Source: Gordius albopunctatus
Lineage: Eukaryota
Assembly (NCBI GenBank): GCA_964276515.1
Contig: OZ193909.1
Coordinates: forward strand, 15,500,001 to 15,564,000
DNA: 64,000 bases
Direction: 5' to 3'
A model generated the notes under the pieces. That model was not told the origin of the DNA, did no database searches, and saw only the letters and a list, made by a program, of their open reading frames with translations. A program made the position numbers and the translations under genes. Below are positions 35,535-48,703 of this stretch, piece after piece (positions within the stretch are counted from its first letter, which is position 1; every line of letters starts with the position of its first letter).

Positions 35535-37568
35535 TTTTCTTGTATGAATGAATGTATACTACAACGTATGATCTTAAATATTATGCCTGTTATAGTACAA
35601 ATATATTCTGCAAATCCAAAAACATGGCATTCTAATAAAATCATAATTCATATAATTTTTATTTGTTAATTTTTTACTTATAATAAATTAGTTTTTTTAG
35701 AACTTTTTATGCAACTTATTTAAACATAAAAATGATGTTAGCCATTCGACCATTATATGATAAAAACAATTTTGAAGTTTGTATTGAGTATTTTCTATAT
35801 TTCATGGTAGAAAGGCATTACCCGTCCAAATTTTAATCTCCTTAATATTGGAATGTTTGTTATAATCTCATCGATTATAACCCTACGCACACCTTAAAAA
35901 AGAATTTTTTAACTAACAATTTTTCTAATAAAAAATAAGTTTCAGAAAAAATTGGAGCCTATTTCATAATTATATCTGGACAAGTATTAAAATATATAAT
36001 TAAAAAAGTTAAGTTAATGAATAAGAATAATTTATAATTCTTAAGAGAATGCACGAAAACAGACACTTAGGTGTAAAGCCTTATTCGCTTCAAATGCTTA
36101 TTTTGAAGGTCAATCATAATATGTTAGATTAAATCTAAGATGTTTAATGACTTTGATATTAATAATTAATAAATTTAAACGGAAATTGTCAAACTTTAAA
36201 TATTTTTAATTTATTGTTAGCTTAGCCCATTAAAAGCCCTTAGATTTTTTACCTCAACATCCGCAAAAAATTTAAATAATTCCACACTCTAGGATTTATT
36301 ACCAGTAATTTTATTACTGAGAAATTTGTCAATTTAAAATTTAACCATGATCATTGAGTTCTAGCCAAAAACGTTAAACTTGGTAAGGAATGATTAGGGT
36401 CTCACTAATAAGTAAAAAAATTGTTTGAGGGGATTAAAATCAACTGAGGGAGAGGTTGGTTCATTGAACTTTAATAACATTTTTATTACTGTCTGAAAGT
36501 ACAAATTATTATGCCCAGTATTTAATTCGATTTTTTCTCAGTAGAATAATCAAATGCTCAGTGAAATATTCAAATGTTCAGTAAATAATTTAATATTAAA
36601 TATTTTAATTATTTGTTCAGTATTTTATTTATTTGCTCAGTTTTTTATTTCAATGTTGTTTGGAAATTTTTACCTCATTAACTGAAATTCAATTTTAAAA
36701 TAAAATAAGTATAGTAGTGAAGCGAGATTCAAACGTCAATCTTAGAAGTCTTAATTGTCAAACACGCCTTTCTTATACTATTTACAAAAAAGGGAATATT
36801 TTCTATATTATATTAATAAAATGGAATTTATTTAAAATTTAAGTAAACAATGGCAAAGCGCTTTAATAATAATAGGTCATTATAATTTATTCTTATCGTA
36901 ATTGTTTAAAAATTGCTTGCCATTAACTTGATTGGAGGCAGAGAAATAGGGGATTTGACAAAAAAAGTTTTAGTTTTTTCATAAAGACCTTTTTAAAAAT
37001 CATTTTATTATATAAAAAACAATAATATTATGATAATTAAAATTTAAATCAGTGAGCAATTTTTTTGAAACTGAGCATTTTGAATTTAAAACTAAGCATG
37101 TTAAATTTAATCCACTACTTTTTGAATTTTTAACTAGTTACATTTATAAAATACTGAGCACAATTTACTGAGCATTTTTGAATTTATTACCGAGCATTTT
37201 AATAATATCCCTTATCTATGAAAAACCATATAACTAAAAGAGGATATTCACATAATAAAAATTGACAATATTGACTAAAATTTTTCTCTTAGTAACGTGT
37301 TCAATATATTTATAGAATCGATGGTTTTATTTATATTTAAAATAATATTATTCAGATCCTCCTGATACATAATCTTAAATTTGATGGCTTATGCAAATAT
37401 ATAAAATGAAGTAAAGTCGAGCAAGCTATTAATCGTCGTTTAATTTGGTTAAAAAATTTTTATGCTGAATCTTCACATCCCTATAATGGGCACCGACATC
37501 ATGTATGCATAAAAATAAAAATTTTAAATTATAAAATATATAGGTACATCACGCATAAAGTGTATAAA

Positions 37569-40500
37569 CTAAAGGGAATCAATGTTATGAAGGTTGCTGA
37601 TGCTAACGCTATTAAATGCGTGATCCATAGGAGAAAATCCACGGAAGTAATTTTGGCAATAAGGGATGTCTTCTAAATCATACAAGAGGAAATAAATCTA
37701 ATTACAGACTTAAAAATATGAACAATTTTGAATCAATTCAATATATCCATTAATTACTCTACACTCTAAAATTAAAAAATCTTTATATTACCCTTTGTAA
37801 ATTATTGTCGAATTATATTTGTACACTTTTAATTCGGTCTAGGACACTTTCTAGTTGAGTAGTTAATAAAATGTTTGATCAAAATTAACATTTCTCATAT
37901 ATTTTATAATGAATTTGAGATCGTTTTTAAAAAATAATTCAACTTAATTTATGAGATAAATATTAGATAAAATTAATTTGATTTGCTATTTATAAAAGAT
38001 TTTCACACAAAGTTTTTAGTTAGCAAAAAATACTTGTCCAAATAACAAACTGAAAATTTACCAATTCGATACTTAGCGCTAAAGCTCCTGGTTGGTAGTT
38101 CGGTTGTGTTGGGGTTTGAATTATCTGTATCGTTTTGAGCCAGGTTTATCCGATATAAAATTAACATCTCGGAGCCGATTGATTTAAATAATTTATTAGC
38201 TGGCAGGTCATACCCGCATAGCCTAAAAAATATTTTAGACTACAAAGACTACTGTAAATTAATCGCTGAAAAGAATATTAAAACCCAAAAGCTTCAATAG
38301 GCATTACCTATTAAATTTATAATTTAAATAAACATACGCTATGTGCCAGTCTATAAAAAATAATCCACATCTTCACATAAGAACTTTGTGACCCCAACCC
38401 TTAATTTGACAAAACATTATGATAGAGAATTTTACCCTGATAAATTATGTGTCTTCATGGGCTAAATGACGAAATTTTTTTTCAATGCAAAAACCCTTTA
38501 AAATTAAAAAAATTAGGTTTTGCCCCCCCCCCCTAATCCAAAACCTGTCTACGCCCATGTGTGTCTTTAGTTTTTTTCTAAACTAGTGTGGAAATGGCCC
38601 TTTTAACGTTTTTCACTCTATTTTACTTTTTTTATTAACTGTTATATGATCTTATAGATCATTGATTAATCTACAGAGCTATAATAATATTTCATCAACT
38701 TCACTTATCCGTGTTATTTTGAACCCCTTCTCCCCAACTCCTCTCAATTTGTCTGGAGAGTATTTATACGATGTTCATTCCCATGCCCTCACTCTCTCCC
38801 TCCACTTACTTTCTCTCAATCTCCTCTAATGCTGCCCCTTGTGTGCTTTGCTAGATATGGGGTCGGGGCGATAATGGAAGTAAGATGAAAGAGGGGAGAG
38901 CGAATGAAATGTTAGTAAGCATCGCATAAAGCACCCTTTTTGCCAGAACATAAAAGGAGGAATTTTAGTGAATAATTTTAGAGCCCTCTAGATTAATCAA
39001 TGATCTAAAAGGTTGTATGACTATGAATAAAAATAAACTAAAAATAAAAAAGTAATTTGTTTTTATAAAACTTAAAATTGCCTTTTTTAACCTTTATCCT
39101 CATTTATCTAAAAATCTAAGCCAATATTCAAAGAATAATTTAAAATTAATTTCAATCAATATATGCGATTAAAATATATATGATAAAGTTTATGCCTGGC
39201 GCCAGTCAGGGATAAATCAGCATTGGTCCGAAATTCAATCCAATTCAAACATCTAATACCATCTTCCGCGATACCTCCTATACTAACTTGGATAACTTCA
39301 AGATGTATAAGCTGACATGGGAGAGCCTCAATATTAAATACACAAAAAATTTTTGCTTTAATTTAAGTGAAATTATATTGTCATTAGCTTAAATTATTAT
39401 AAAAATTACCTAAAAAATTTAAACTTAATTCTAAATTAATTATAGTTGATCTTAAAATAAACTCGGGCCTTCGGCCCTCGTGGGAAGGGGGAAGGGGAGG
39501 AGGGGAAGGAAGGGGGAACTCATCTACACTCCGTATAAATGTATCATATTTGCTATGCAATTTATGGAAATACTTACGTGAATATTGCAAAACGAAGGTT
39601 GGAAGCACTAAATAAGTGTATATGCCAAATATCATAAAGGGGGAGAGAGGGAGCGAAGGGGAAGCTTTATGGTTAGTTAAATTCTACGGGAGTTGTATTA
39701 CCAAAAAGTCATAATAGCAATGGTAGGAACAGGAACAATCATAATAGTCAAAAAAAACGAAAAAAATAATTTCGATTCACATTTTGGCCAATGGTCATTT
39801 TTTTCCATTGGTCAGCAGCCAGGACACGGTAAAAGTGGATATAAATTCATAACAGTCAAAAAAAAAATTTTCGAATCACATTTTGGCCAATGGTCATTTT
39901 ATTCCATTGGTCAGCAGCCAGCGGACGGCCAAAAAGTCATAATAGCAATGGTAGGAACAGGAACAATCATAATAGTCAAAAAAAACGGAAAAAATAATTT
40001 CGATTCACGTTTTGGCCAATGGTCATTTTTTTCCATTGGTCAGCAGCCAGGACACGGTAAAAGTGGATATAAATTCATAACAGTCAAAAAAAAACGAAAA
40101 AAAAATTTTCGAATCACATTTTGGCCAATGGTCATTTTATTCCATTGGTCAGCAGCCAGCGGACGGCCAAAAAGTCATAATAGCAATGGTAGGAACAGGA
40201 ACAATCATAATATTCAAAAAAAACGAAAAAATAAACTCGGATACACATTTTGGCCAATGGTCATTTTTTTCATTGGTCAGCAGCCAGCGGACGGCCAAAA
40301 AGTCTTATTATCATTGATAGTAACAAGAACAATCATAAGAGTCAAAAAAACTCCGGGATTCTAACCCAAAAACTAGATAAATTGCATAGCAATTATTAAA
40401 AAGTATAGGGTAATTATCAATGTTAACCTATTCAAAAACGAACAAAAAATTTTGATTTATTTGGCCAATGGTAATTTTTTTCAATTATCAATGTTAACTT

Positions 40501-43500
40501 ATTCAAAAAGGAAAAACGAAAAATTAGGATTTATTTGGCCAATGTTCATTTTTTCATTGGTCAGTAGCCAGCGGACGGTCAAAAAGTCATATTATCAATT
40601 GTATTAACAAGAACAAAATATTAAATTAATTAAAAAAATAATAATTTTGCCCTCTCCGGGATTCGAACCCACATTAAATAGAGGCATAAGCCTTTGGAGG
40701 GGAACAGGGAACCATATAAATAGAGCCACAGGCCCTTGTAGGGGAGGGCATAGGGTAATTATCAATGTTAAACTATTCAAAAACGAAAAATTAAAAATTT
40801 CGATTTATCTGGCCAGTGGTCATTTTTTCATTGGTCAGTAGCCTGCGGACGGTCAAAAAGTCATATTATCAATGGTATTAACAAGAAAAAAATATTAATT
40901 TAATTTAAAAAAAAAAAAAATTTTTGTCCTCTCCGGGTCTCGAACCCGCAACCTCCAGGTCGGGAAGCTGGTGTAAATAACTTGGTGGACGGACGGACGG
41001 ACGGACAACCAAAAACGAGCCCATAAATTTCATAGCAATTAAAATTGAAATTGAAGATACTTGTATTAGCCAGCTGCAAGAAGTCGTGTTGAATGTTTCG
41101 TTGCCTGGCGCTTCGGCGTTGACACGCAAAAACCCTTCTCTTTGCCTCAAAATTCCAGGCCCACACTCTTCAAAAAATTAGAAGGATAAAAGCGATAATC
41201 ATTTGATTTATAACTATAAGTAACATTTAAATTATTTCGAGTATATTTTAAACATTCTAAAATAATTGTTAATAATAATGAAATCACAAATTATTCCATT
41301 GTGCTAGCTCTAAAATTACGTATTTTAAACACAATTAATAATTTAACCTTTATCAACCATTAGGACTGATTCGCAATACAACCCTCCAAAGCCATCAGGA
41401 CATTTGCAACGGGTACAGTTATTGGGATCAGGGTAGCCGTTGCGCATGCATTTACTAGCTCTGTATTCGTAACCGCAAGTTTCTATATATAACCAAAATT
41501 TTAAAAAATAAAAATTTTTAAAATTAAGGTATTGACAGATTTTTCAAGCCTTAAATCATAAATATGCATTCTCATTCTACCCCTGAGAAATTAGATGGCA
41601 GAGGAATTATAACATTTGTGACAGCGCGGTTGAAATATTCGAAATAAAACATATTTATTCGCAAAAACGATTTTTATACTTTACATTTTAACCACATTTG
41701 GATCAGTAATTAAAATAAAAAAGTTGTAGATGATTTTGATAGAGGCAACTAAATTAATTTTACATCATATTAAATTACAACTAGAGTGATACTAAAACCG
41801 TAAAATCAGTAGAATAATAATAGAATTATATAAATATTAATAAAAATTGCATGTTCTTACCAGAACAATATTCGTGATTTATAATTTTGGCATCCGCGAA
41901 GGTTATGTATTCACGATTCCCCATAGCAGCTTGATAACGTGGTAGTTTGGTTTTTAGCGTCGGCAAATTATTGCCGGACAATGCCTATTATTAAATTGCA
42001 ATCGAAGATAAAACTGGTATTTATTCCATTGATCTTTTGAGCAAAATATTACATGCTTCCTCTAATTAAATCTTTAAAAAAAACTATATATTTTCGTTAA
42101 CTATCCTATTAAAGACAACTGCTGGCTAATTTAATAAACGATCGGCATATTTTTTTTAATTAATGTGCCAACTAGTTACTTTCAACAGACCTGAAATACA
42201 TGGGTATCCCTAAATCCAAAAAATCTTAATGGCTAAAATTGAAAAATTGTGCCCATGCCAAAACGAATCTTTCGAAAGCCTATTTAAATTATTGAGAGTT
42301 TCAACTCTATAGAGTTGTCATCTCTGACATTCTACCTGTTGGGATCGACCCCCTCGGTCTCAAACACGCACACAAGTACACTTTTTAAATAACAAAATTT
42401 ATCTTAAAAATTATGATCCTATTGTTTTTTACATCCCAACTTTTGGCATTGGGGATGGCGGGGGACCTTAAACCATATTAATATTGGCATAGGCATTAAC
42501 CTAAAGGTTTCTGTTGCAAGAGAAATATCTTTTCTATGCTTGAAAACAGGCATAACAATAACAAGTCAGCTTTTACTGAATTTATCTCCAAACCAGTGCC
42601 CTATTTTGTAAATAAATGTCCCAAGGCCACCAGCCCATTTCTAATTACCCCACACACAGTGTCGTAGCTGGGGGGGCCCAGGGGGCCCGGGCCCCCCAAG
42701 AGCAAAAACCGGCCCCATGGGCCCCCGCCCCTCCCAAGGGAAAAATCTTGGGCCCCCGGGGCCCTTCCGCCATTATTTTTTTTATCTTAATTAAGAAACA
42801 ATATAAAGATTATTATTATTGTTTCTGAATAAAAGTTTTAATTATAATATTACAAATAAAAATAAAGATGCTGTATAAGACAATAAAGGGTGAAAATTGT
42901 ATCAAATTGTTGAGTTGACATAATTACATAATTTCAAAATTAATATTAATTTAAAACCCGAGTTTTTTATAATTAATTTCCACTTTACTTTTATTAATTA
43001 ATATGAATAGCAACAGCAAGAAGCAATTAAAGCTTAAAATGTTTTTAAAGCCCTTAGCTCCAAGCAATAGGTTAAATCAAATAGGTATTTAAAATTTTTT
43101 ATTATTAGGTTTATATAAATATAATATTAGGTGAAGAAAAAAATGCAGTCATGAAAGGTATTTACTTAGTGTTAGTGCTTTCATTCATTTATTCAAATAC
43201 AATTAGGTTACACTGAAGGTCTTAATAATTTAATTGAAAATGGCATTCTAGAAAATTCCAATCATAAAAATAAAAGATTGATTTCAAAATTGATTTATAT
43301 TATCCTTTCATCGATAGAATAATAGCAGAATTAAACATAAGATTTTCGGAAATTAATTGTAATTTATATAAGTCCTTAGAAGGTTTAAACCCTTCATCCT
43401 CTTTTTTTTGCGATAAATCTCTTTTATCAGAAATAATTAACCATTATAAATTAAAACTGGAAGACGGCGAAATAAAAAAGGCAAAAATTTTTGTAAAACA

Positions 43501-46500
43501 TTATAACTCTTTATCCTCAAATGAAATAAGATGCAATGATATTTTTTCACTTATTAAAATCTTGCCCCCAATAGTATTTCCAAATTTTACTATTTTGATT
43601 AAAATGATTTTAACTATCCCAATAACTTCATGTTCATGCGAAAGATTGTTCTCATTGCTAAAACGGATTAAAACTTATGTTCGTTCCACAATTGGACAAG
43701 ATAGGTTATCTTCCTTAGCTTTATTGAGCTTAGAACATCACTTTATAAATCTTTCCAACATCGAGTAAAAGGCGTAATGAACTAAAAAGACTAATTTTAA
43801 TATTTAATGAAAAATTATCTGGGCTTTTAAACTTGTTTTAACACTTTCAAAATATATTAAAATGTTATTAAATTTACGAAAATTCCATCCTGGTTTCATT
43901 TTAATTGTCCATTTCACATGCTTATTGTTTAACATATCTTGCATATTTTTATGTACCACATGCACATATAAAGCCAATAGTTTTCCAAAAAATTGTTTGT
44001 ACACGATTAAAATAAATTAAATATTAAAATCCCATTTAGCCCAAATGGCCCAAAAGCCAACCTCTATTTACAATTTTATAAAGTATCTCTCCACCTTTTT
44101 ACACATTTTGAATTCTATTTTAATTTTACCAGGGAATCGTAGTGCATGATTGAAGATAAATCGTAGGGCATATAATAGGCTTTGGAATCGGTTCTGGCAA
44201 TCTTAGCAAAATTTCTACCACCCCCTTGCTCCACGTTTTCATATATAATACTGACGTAAAAATCTCTATCATGCCTTGACTGTTCGTGCCATAATCCCAA
44301 TGCGTGCCCTATTTCGTGAGCTATTTCACCTACCTGAAGCAGCGGATAAATGTTTATAGCCAGCCAAATTTTTTATAAATAAAATGTTTATTGTTATGTA
44401 TTGGATACAATATAATTAATAAATAATACTACACTTATATCATGTTCGCATGAATGGAGAGTTTAAGTGAAGTGTCCTCATCTTCCTCTTTAAAAAGAGG
44501 TAAGGAATCCAAACTCAATTTGGAATTACAATTGTGATTGACTGTTTTGACAAGAATGTTGGGGATCATTTAGAATCCCTGAAAAGGCTAAAAGCCACAA
44601 CGGGAGGAAACTATAGGGATAAAAATACTAGATTCCAGGAGGGTCTTGTATTCTTGGCTATAAATTAATCACTACTTGGTCAATTAATTATAACAAATAT
44701 ATCACATTTCAATTAAAAAAACATTGTAGGCCAATATCTGAATCTAATTCTCCCAGATTATTTTAAGGGGTAAATTGAGATTTTTATCTAAACTTTCATC
44801 CCACCTTAAAATTAATAGACTTATTCTCTAAATTAAGAAATTACAAACCATCCCAATTATAATTTATCCAATTTTTAAGTTAAGTTTTGCTATAAAGAAT
44901 CTTCCATAAAACGCGATTCGTTTGTTAGTTGACTTACTCTAAAGTAATATTTCAAGTTTTTTACGTCAAATTAAGATAGGCTTTACACAGATTCAGATGT
45001 TAGGTTATGTGCGAGATTATTATATCGGTATCAAAAAAATTCATTTATTTCTCAGAGTATTTAGGTGAAAGTATAAAAAATTCAAAATTTACTTTTTAAA
45101 ATAATTTTTGATTAGTCTAAATTAGAATATTAATAAGTTAATTCATTTATGAATACATATCAATAAATAAAAATGTTGCGTTTACTTTGGGACATTTTTT
45201 TGACACCGAAACCATTTGCTCACCCCCGGTTTTACCGATATAGGACCAACACCTTTTTAATATAAAAATCCCGTTAAGCTAACTTTATTTTATGCTTTGA
45301 TACTGATGTATCAAATCAAATTTTTTAGTAAAAATTCTATTTTTTTAAATAAAAAAAAGTAAAAGGTTCCTTTATAATTTACCCGGCACCAGTAAAAAAA
45401 TTTAAATGGTCGACAGTGGACTCGTTCACTTTTTCAAATCGTATGCAAGTTTCTTTTTCCCATAAAACTGTTGCCTTGTCTATTGCTTCTCCAGTTTCAG
45501 GACCTAAGATAGGTGGGTTTTATTGTTTAGAGAGAATCCTCGTAAATTATATATAATTAAAATTTAAAAGGACTTTCCAATTGTTGCAATTATTGGTAAC
45601 CTGTATAACTGTCTAGATAAAGAAATATCTTTGGTGAATATACAATAATCTTAAAGTGTAATGTAAAAAAATTGCAACTTCACCTAATTATTATTATCTA
45701 TAGTTTATATGTTAAGCCTGCAGCTATTATACTAAATTCTCACATTTGTAAGCATTTGTTTGTAACCTGTTATGTAATGTAAAATAAATCATGGACTTTT
45801 CGCTTATAACTTTTAAAGCAACTAAGTAAGTGTTTGAAAACATAAAAAAAAATTGAGCTAAAAATGTTTATGATGCTAGACCGGGTTCGAGCTTTGATCG
45901 GCCAAATAAAATTTAGGGCTTTTTTAAGGCCCGAACAAATTGAAATTAAAAGCATCGAGGTCGGTTCGGTTGTATACTAACGTACCGTCAACGTCTGATA
46001 TGATGTAGGGAATCGGATTAATTCCACGCCATGTCGGTGTTTTCGATGTGAGTTGCTTGGTTAACTTGCCCCTTTTATAGTATTGCAGGAGGTGCAAAGC
46101 CGTTTTATGCGTCAAAACGATGTCCTTTTCAAACAGGCCATCCCATTTCTTGTAAATCTAACATTAAGTTTTGTTCAAACATGAACATTGGATATTTTAA
46201 AATATGTAAGTGATGGTATTCTTGGAATTATATTCTGTGACATAAATGTACATTCTAGAGGTTAGGAAAACTATTGAAAATTAAGTTGATATATTTGCAC
46301 ATTATGTAATTGAAAACCCTGAATGAAATATATCAGTCAAGTTTTATATTTTCCTGAATATAATCTAAATTTCTCCTTACTGACCGGTTTTATTTTTGTT
46401 TTCTTGGCTATTTCTTTTTCCAATAAATTCAACAAATCATTCACTACGGAATATTCTTCAGGCCCTCTGCCCCTGTAAATCGAAGTGTCCAACTTAACTA

Positions 46501-48703
46501 TCCTTTTTGCTTCGGGTTCGGTTGGTTTGCGTTCGGTAATTTCCGGATTAGCAAATAAACTTAGGGAACCGCTTTCGGCAGAATTTGCTATGGAAGGTGA
46601 AATAATATCTTGACTTATGCGTTGACGCCAATTACCTTTCAACGATTTGACGTTTATGAAAGAGTTTTCATCAAAATACGGTAATGGCAGATAGTATTTT
46701 GGATTTCTCCTATCTCTGGTTGCAATGGGTACCTACATATAGTATGGAAAAATGGTGAAAAATAATTATATACACGTGGACAATGATATAAAGTTGTAGT
46801 CAGCGAATCGATCAGGCAAACCTTTAGCAAACAGATTCGAAACTTATTTAGGCCCAGCGACTCGCCAGCCGACAAGTAGCTTTTAAGTATATACAAGTCC
46901 GTTATTTTGTAAAGAGGGCCCGATTTACGACAACCTAGAATCCAATAAGAATAACTCTAATTTACATGACATCTAGGACACATTTTAAATTAGAGACTAA
47001 TTTGACTAAATGATCCCTATCTCTTTTAGAATGTGAGTCGAGAATAAAAACAGACGTTTTAGCTCTTATTGGAGCTCATCAGTATGATGCCATAGTTAAT
47101 TTTCTAGTCACATAATAATCGAGATAGGTATTATATATAAGTCCAAATTAGATTGAGTTCACGTTTATGACTATGTGACTAGAAAATTGAGTATGGCATC
47201 ATACTGATGAGCTCCAATAAGAGCTAAAACGTTATATGATGTCTGTTTTTATTTTCGAGTCACATTCTAAAAGAGATAGGTATTATATATGAGTCCAAAT
47301 TAGATTGAGTTCACGTTTATGACTATGTGACTAGAAAATTGAGTATGGCATCATACTGATGAGCTCCAATAAGAGCTAAAACGTTATATGATGTCTGTTT
47401 TTATTTTCGAGTCACATTCTAAAAGAGATAGGGATCATTTAGTCAAATTAGTCTCTAATTTAAAATGTGTCCTAGATGGCATGTAAAATAGAGTTATTCT
47501 TATTTGATTTATGCTTACCTACCACCCGTCGTAAATCGGACCCCCTTTACAAAACCCGAACCGAAATCGTATTTAAAATCTTTACTTCAACAAGATCTGA
47601 AAACAAGTCCGTTAATATGATGAATTTTCAACTCCAAAATACTAAAAATCAATTTTCTATAATGAAACGGAGTTTAGTATAGATCAAATAGTAAATCAGG
47701 ATTTATAATTGTCTCGCCGACATAAATTAGAGAAGTAATCTTGTATTTTTTAGGGTTCAAAGTTTATTAGTTAAAAATTCGGAAATTTGACAACTATATA
47801 AAATAAATGCATAAGACTTATAAAACAAAGTGCGTCAATTAATAAAGATAAACTATTCTAAAAAATATATTTAGAGGAACTTCCAAAATAGGCCAAAAAT
47901 CCGTGAACAGATTAAAGTTTGATTTTGCTATAAAAAAACTATGTTTTTGTTTTACTCTTCCTAACTCCTTAAAGACTAAATAATACCTGTCTACATGGGC
48001 GTAGCCAGCTTTGGAATTAAAGACAGGCTAATTTAGTGAGGGGCAAATGTTAATTTTTTCAAATTTTAGCCATACTTTTGATAAATTTCAACAAATTTTT
48101 TGATTTATAGGGGGGCAGCCGCCCCTCGCTTCCCCCCCCCCCTTGATTATGCCCTGCCTGTCTACCAAGGTACTAGAACACGAAGCCACCAGTGGGAAAA
48201 AATGTTTGAGTTTCATAACATGTTAAATACTGATTTTTGTTTGATATGATAAATGATATATCAATTCAATGTTACATTTTGACCGGTTTTTAGGTTAAAG
48301 GTAGCATCTTTAAATTGCTTTAGTTCTTGTTTTTTTAGATAATATTGTTTTTATCAAAAAATATCTGTTTTAATTTTACTTTTTAAAAGGATTCGATAAA
48401 CAAATTCCACGGGAAAAAACTAATCGGCTAAATCTCAAAATAATCATGATTCCAGTCTTTTCGATTATCAGCGATTTAATACAGAGTATATAGTTTTATC
48501 AAATACTTTAAATGTTTTTTTATAATATCTTAATTTTAAATTAATTATAATTAAAACGCTAGAAAGTTCTGAGAAGCAATTTATAGGTATCAACCCTTTA
48601 AAAATAAATTAAAATATGAAATGTGATTATTTAAAGACAGTACCGAATAAATTTGTAAATTTGGGGTAAGAATGATGGATAAAATCCAAGAAATGAGTTT
48701 CAT
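37569..48703 (-). CDS. Secreted astacin (M12A) metalloprotease with EGF-like and CUB domains
   Basis: Predicted exons 48703-48644 (signal peptide [20 protein letters not shown]), 46732-46385, 46157-45986 (LFEKDIVLT pro-motif), 45503-45383, 45252-45186 (GCWSYIG), 44333-44130 ([28 protein letters not shown]), 41984-41861, 41482-41348 ([29 protein letters not shown]), 41167-41061, 39326-39196, 38222-38062 (CUB), 37672-37569. Phases are consistent; the last exon is least certain. Confidence 0.85.
38456..38559. mobile_element. hAT-type MITE
   Basis: CATGGGC...GCCCATG; 8-bp TSD TGTGTCTT (38448-38455, 38560-38567). Confidence 0.85.
38645..39020. repeat. Inverted-repeat (MITE-like) element
   Basis: TAGATCATTGATTAATCTA (~38656) pairs with TAGATTAATCAATGATCTA (~38989), with weaker inner symmetry. 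Confidence 0.5.
39459..41040 (-). mobile_element. Helentron-associated non-autonomous element (HINE/DINE-1-like) with an internal tandem array
   Basis: Subterminal inverted repeats TTGCTATGMAATTTATGG (41021-41038 vs 39550-39567); (GTCC)n microsatellite near the 5' end; 3' hairpin GGGCC-GAA-GGCCC (39465-39477) followed by Ts; internal repeats TTTGGCCAATGGTCA...GGTCAGCAGCC. Confidence 0.7.
42657..43800 (+). mobile_element. Degenerate hAT remnant, same family as 10735-11814
   Basis: CAGTGTCGTAGC terminus; ORF 43562-43768 [40 protein letters not shown] is a hAT dimerisation-domain pattern. Confidence 0.75.
46905..47553. repeat. Inverted + tandem repeat cluster, Penelope pseudo-LTR-like, with hammerhead-like motifs
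   Basis: 152-bp tandem duplication (CTGATGA at 47204 and 47356) plus an inverted copy (~46905-47112 vs ~47325-47553); TATATA(A/T) upstream of each + strand motif. Confidence 0.65.
47195..47248 (+). ncRNA. Degenerate minimal hammerhead-like motif (further copies ~47347-47400 + and ~47050-47090 -)
   Basis: CTGATGA-GCTC-CAATAA-GAGC-TAAAAC-G-TTATATGA-T-GTC: the CUGAUGA box, stem II, stem III and GUC triplet are present; the GAAA box reads TAAAA. Confidence 0.45.
47994..48156. mobile_element. hAT-type MITE
   Basis: CATGGGCGTAGCC left end, degenerate right end; 8-bp TSD CCTGTCTA (47986-47993, 48157-48164). Confidence 0.8.

Noticed and set aside
35337..35669. 110-aa plus-strand ORF
   Set aside because: Antisense to the first YJU2B exons; non-ATG start and no motif.
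39693..40364. 223-aa ORF with internal repeats
   Set aside because: Arises from the tandem subunits of the HINE element; no ATG start or domain signal, and antisense within an astacin intron.
39700..40640. CRISPR-like repeat array
   Set aside because: The 'spacers' are themselves repeated, the context is eukaryotic and there are no cas genes.
40650..40675. tRNA gene suggested by GGTTCGAATCC
   Set aside because: Only a T-arm/B-box is present; no full cloverleaf.
46337..46384. GA splice donor or ORF end after ...RLYSG in astacin exon 2
   Set aside because: A canonical phase-0 donor CCG|GTCAGT at 46385/46384 explains the junction.
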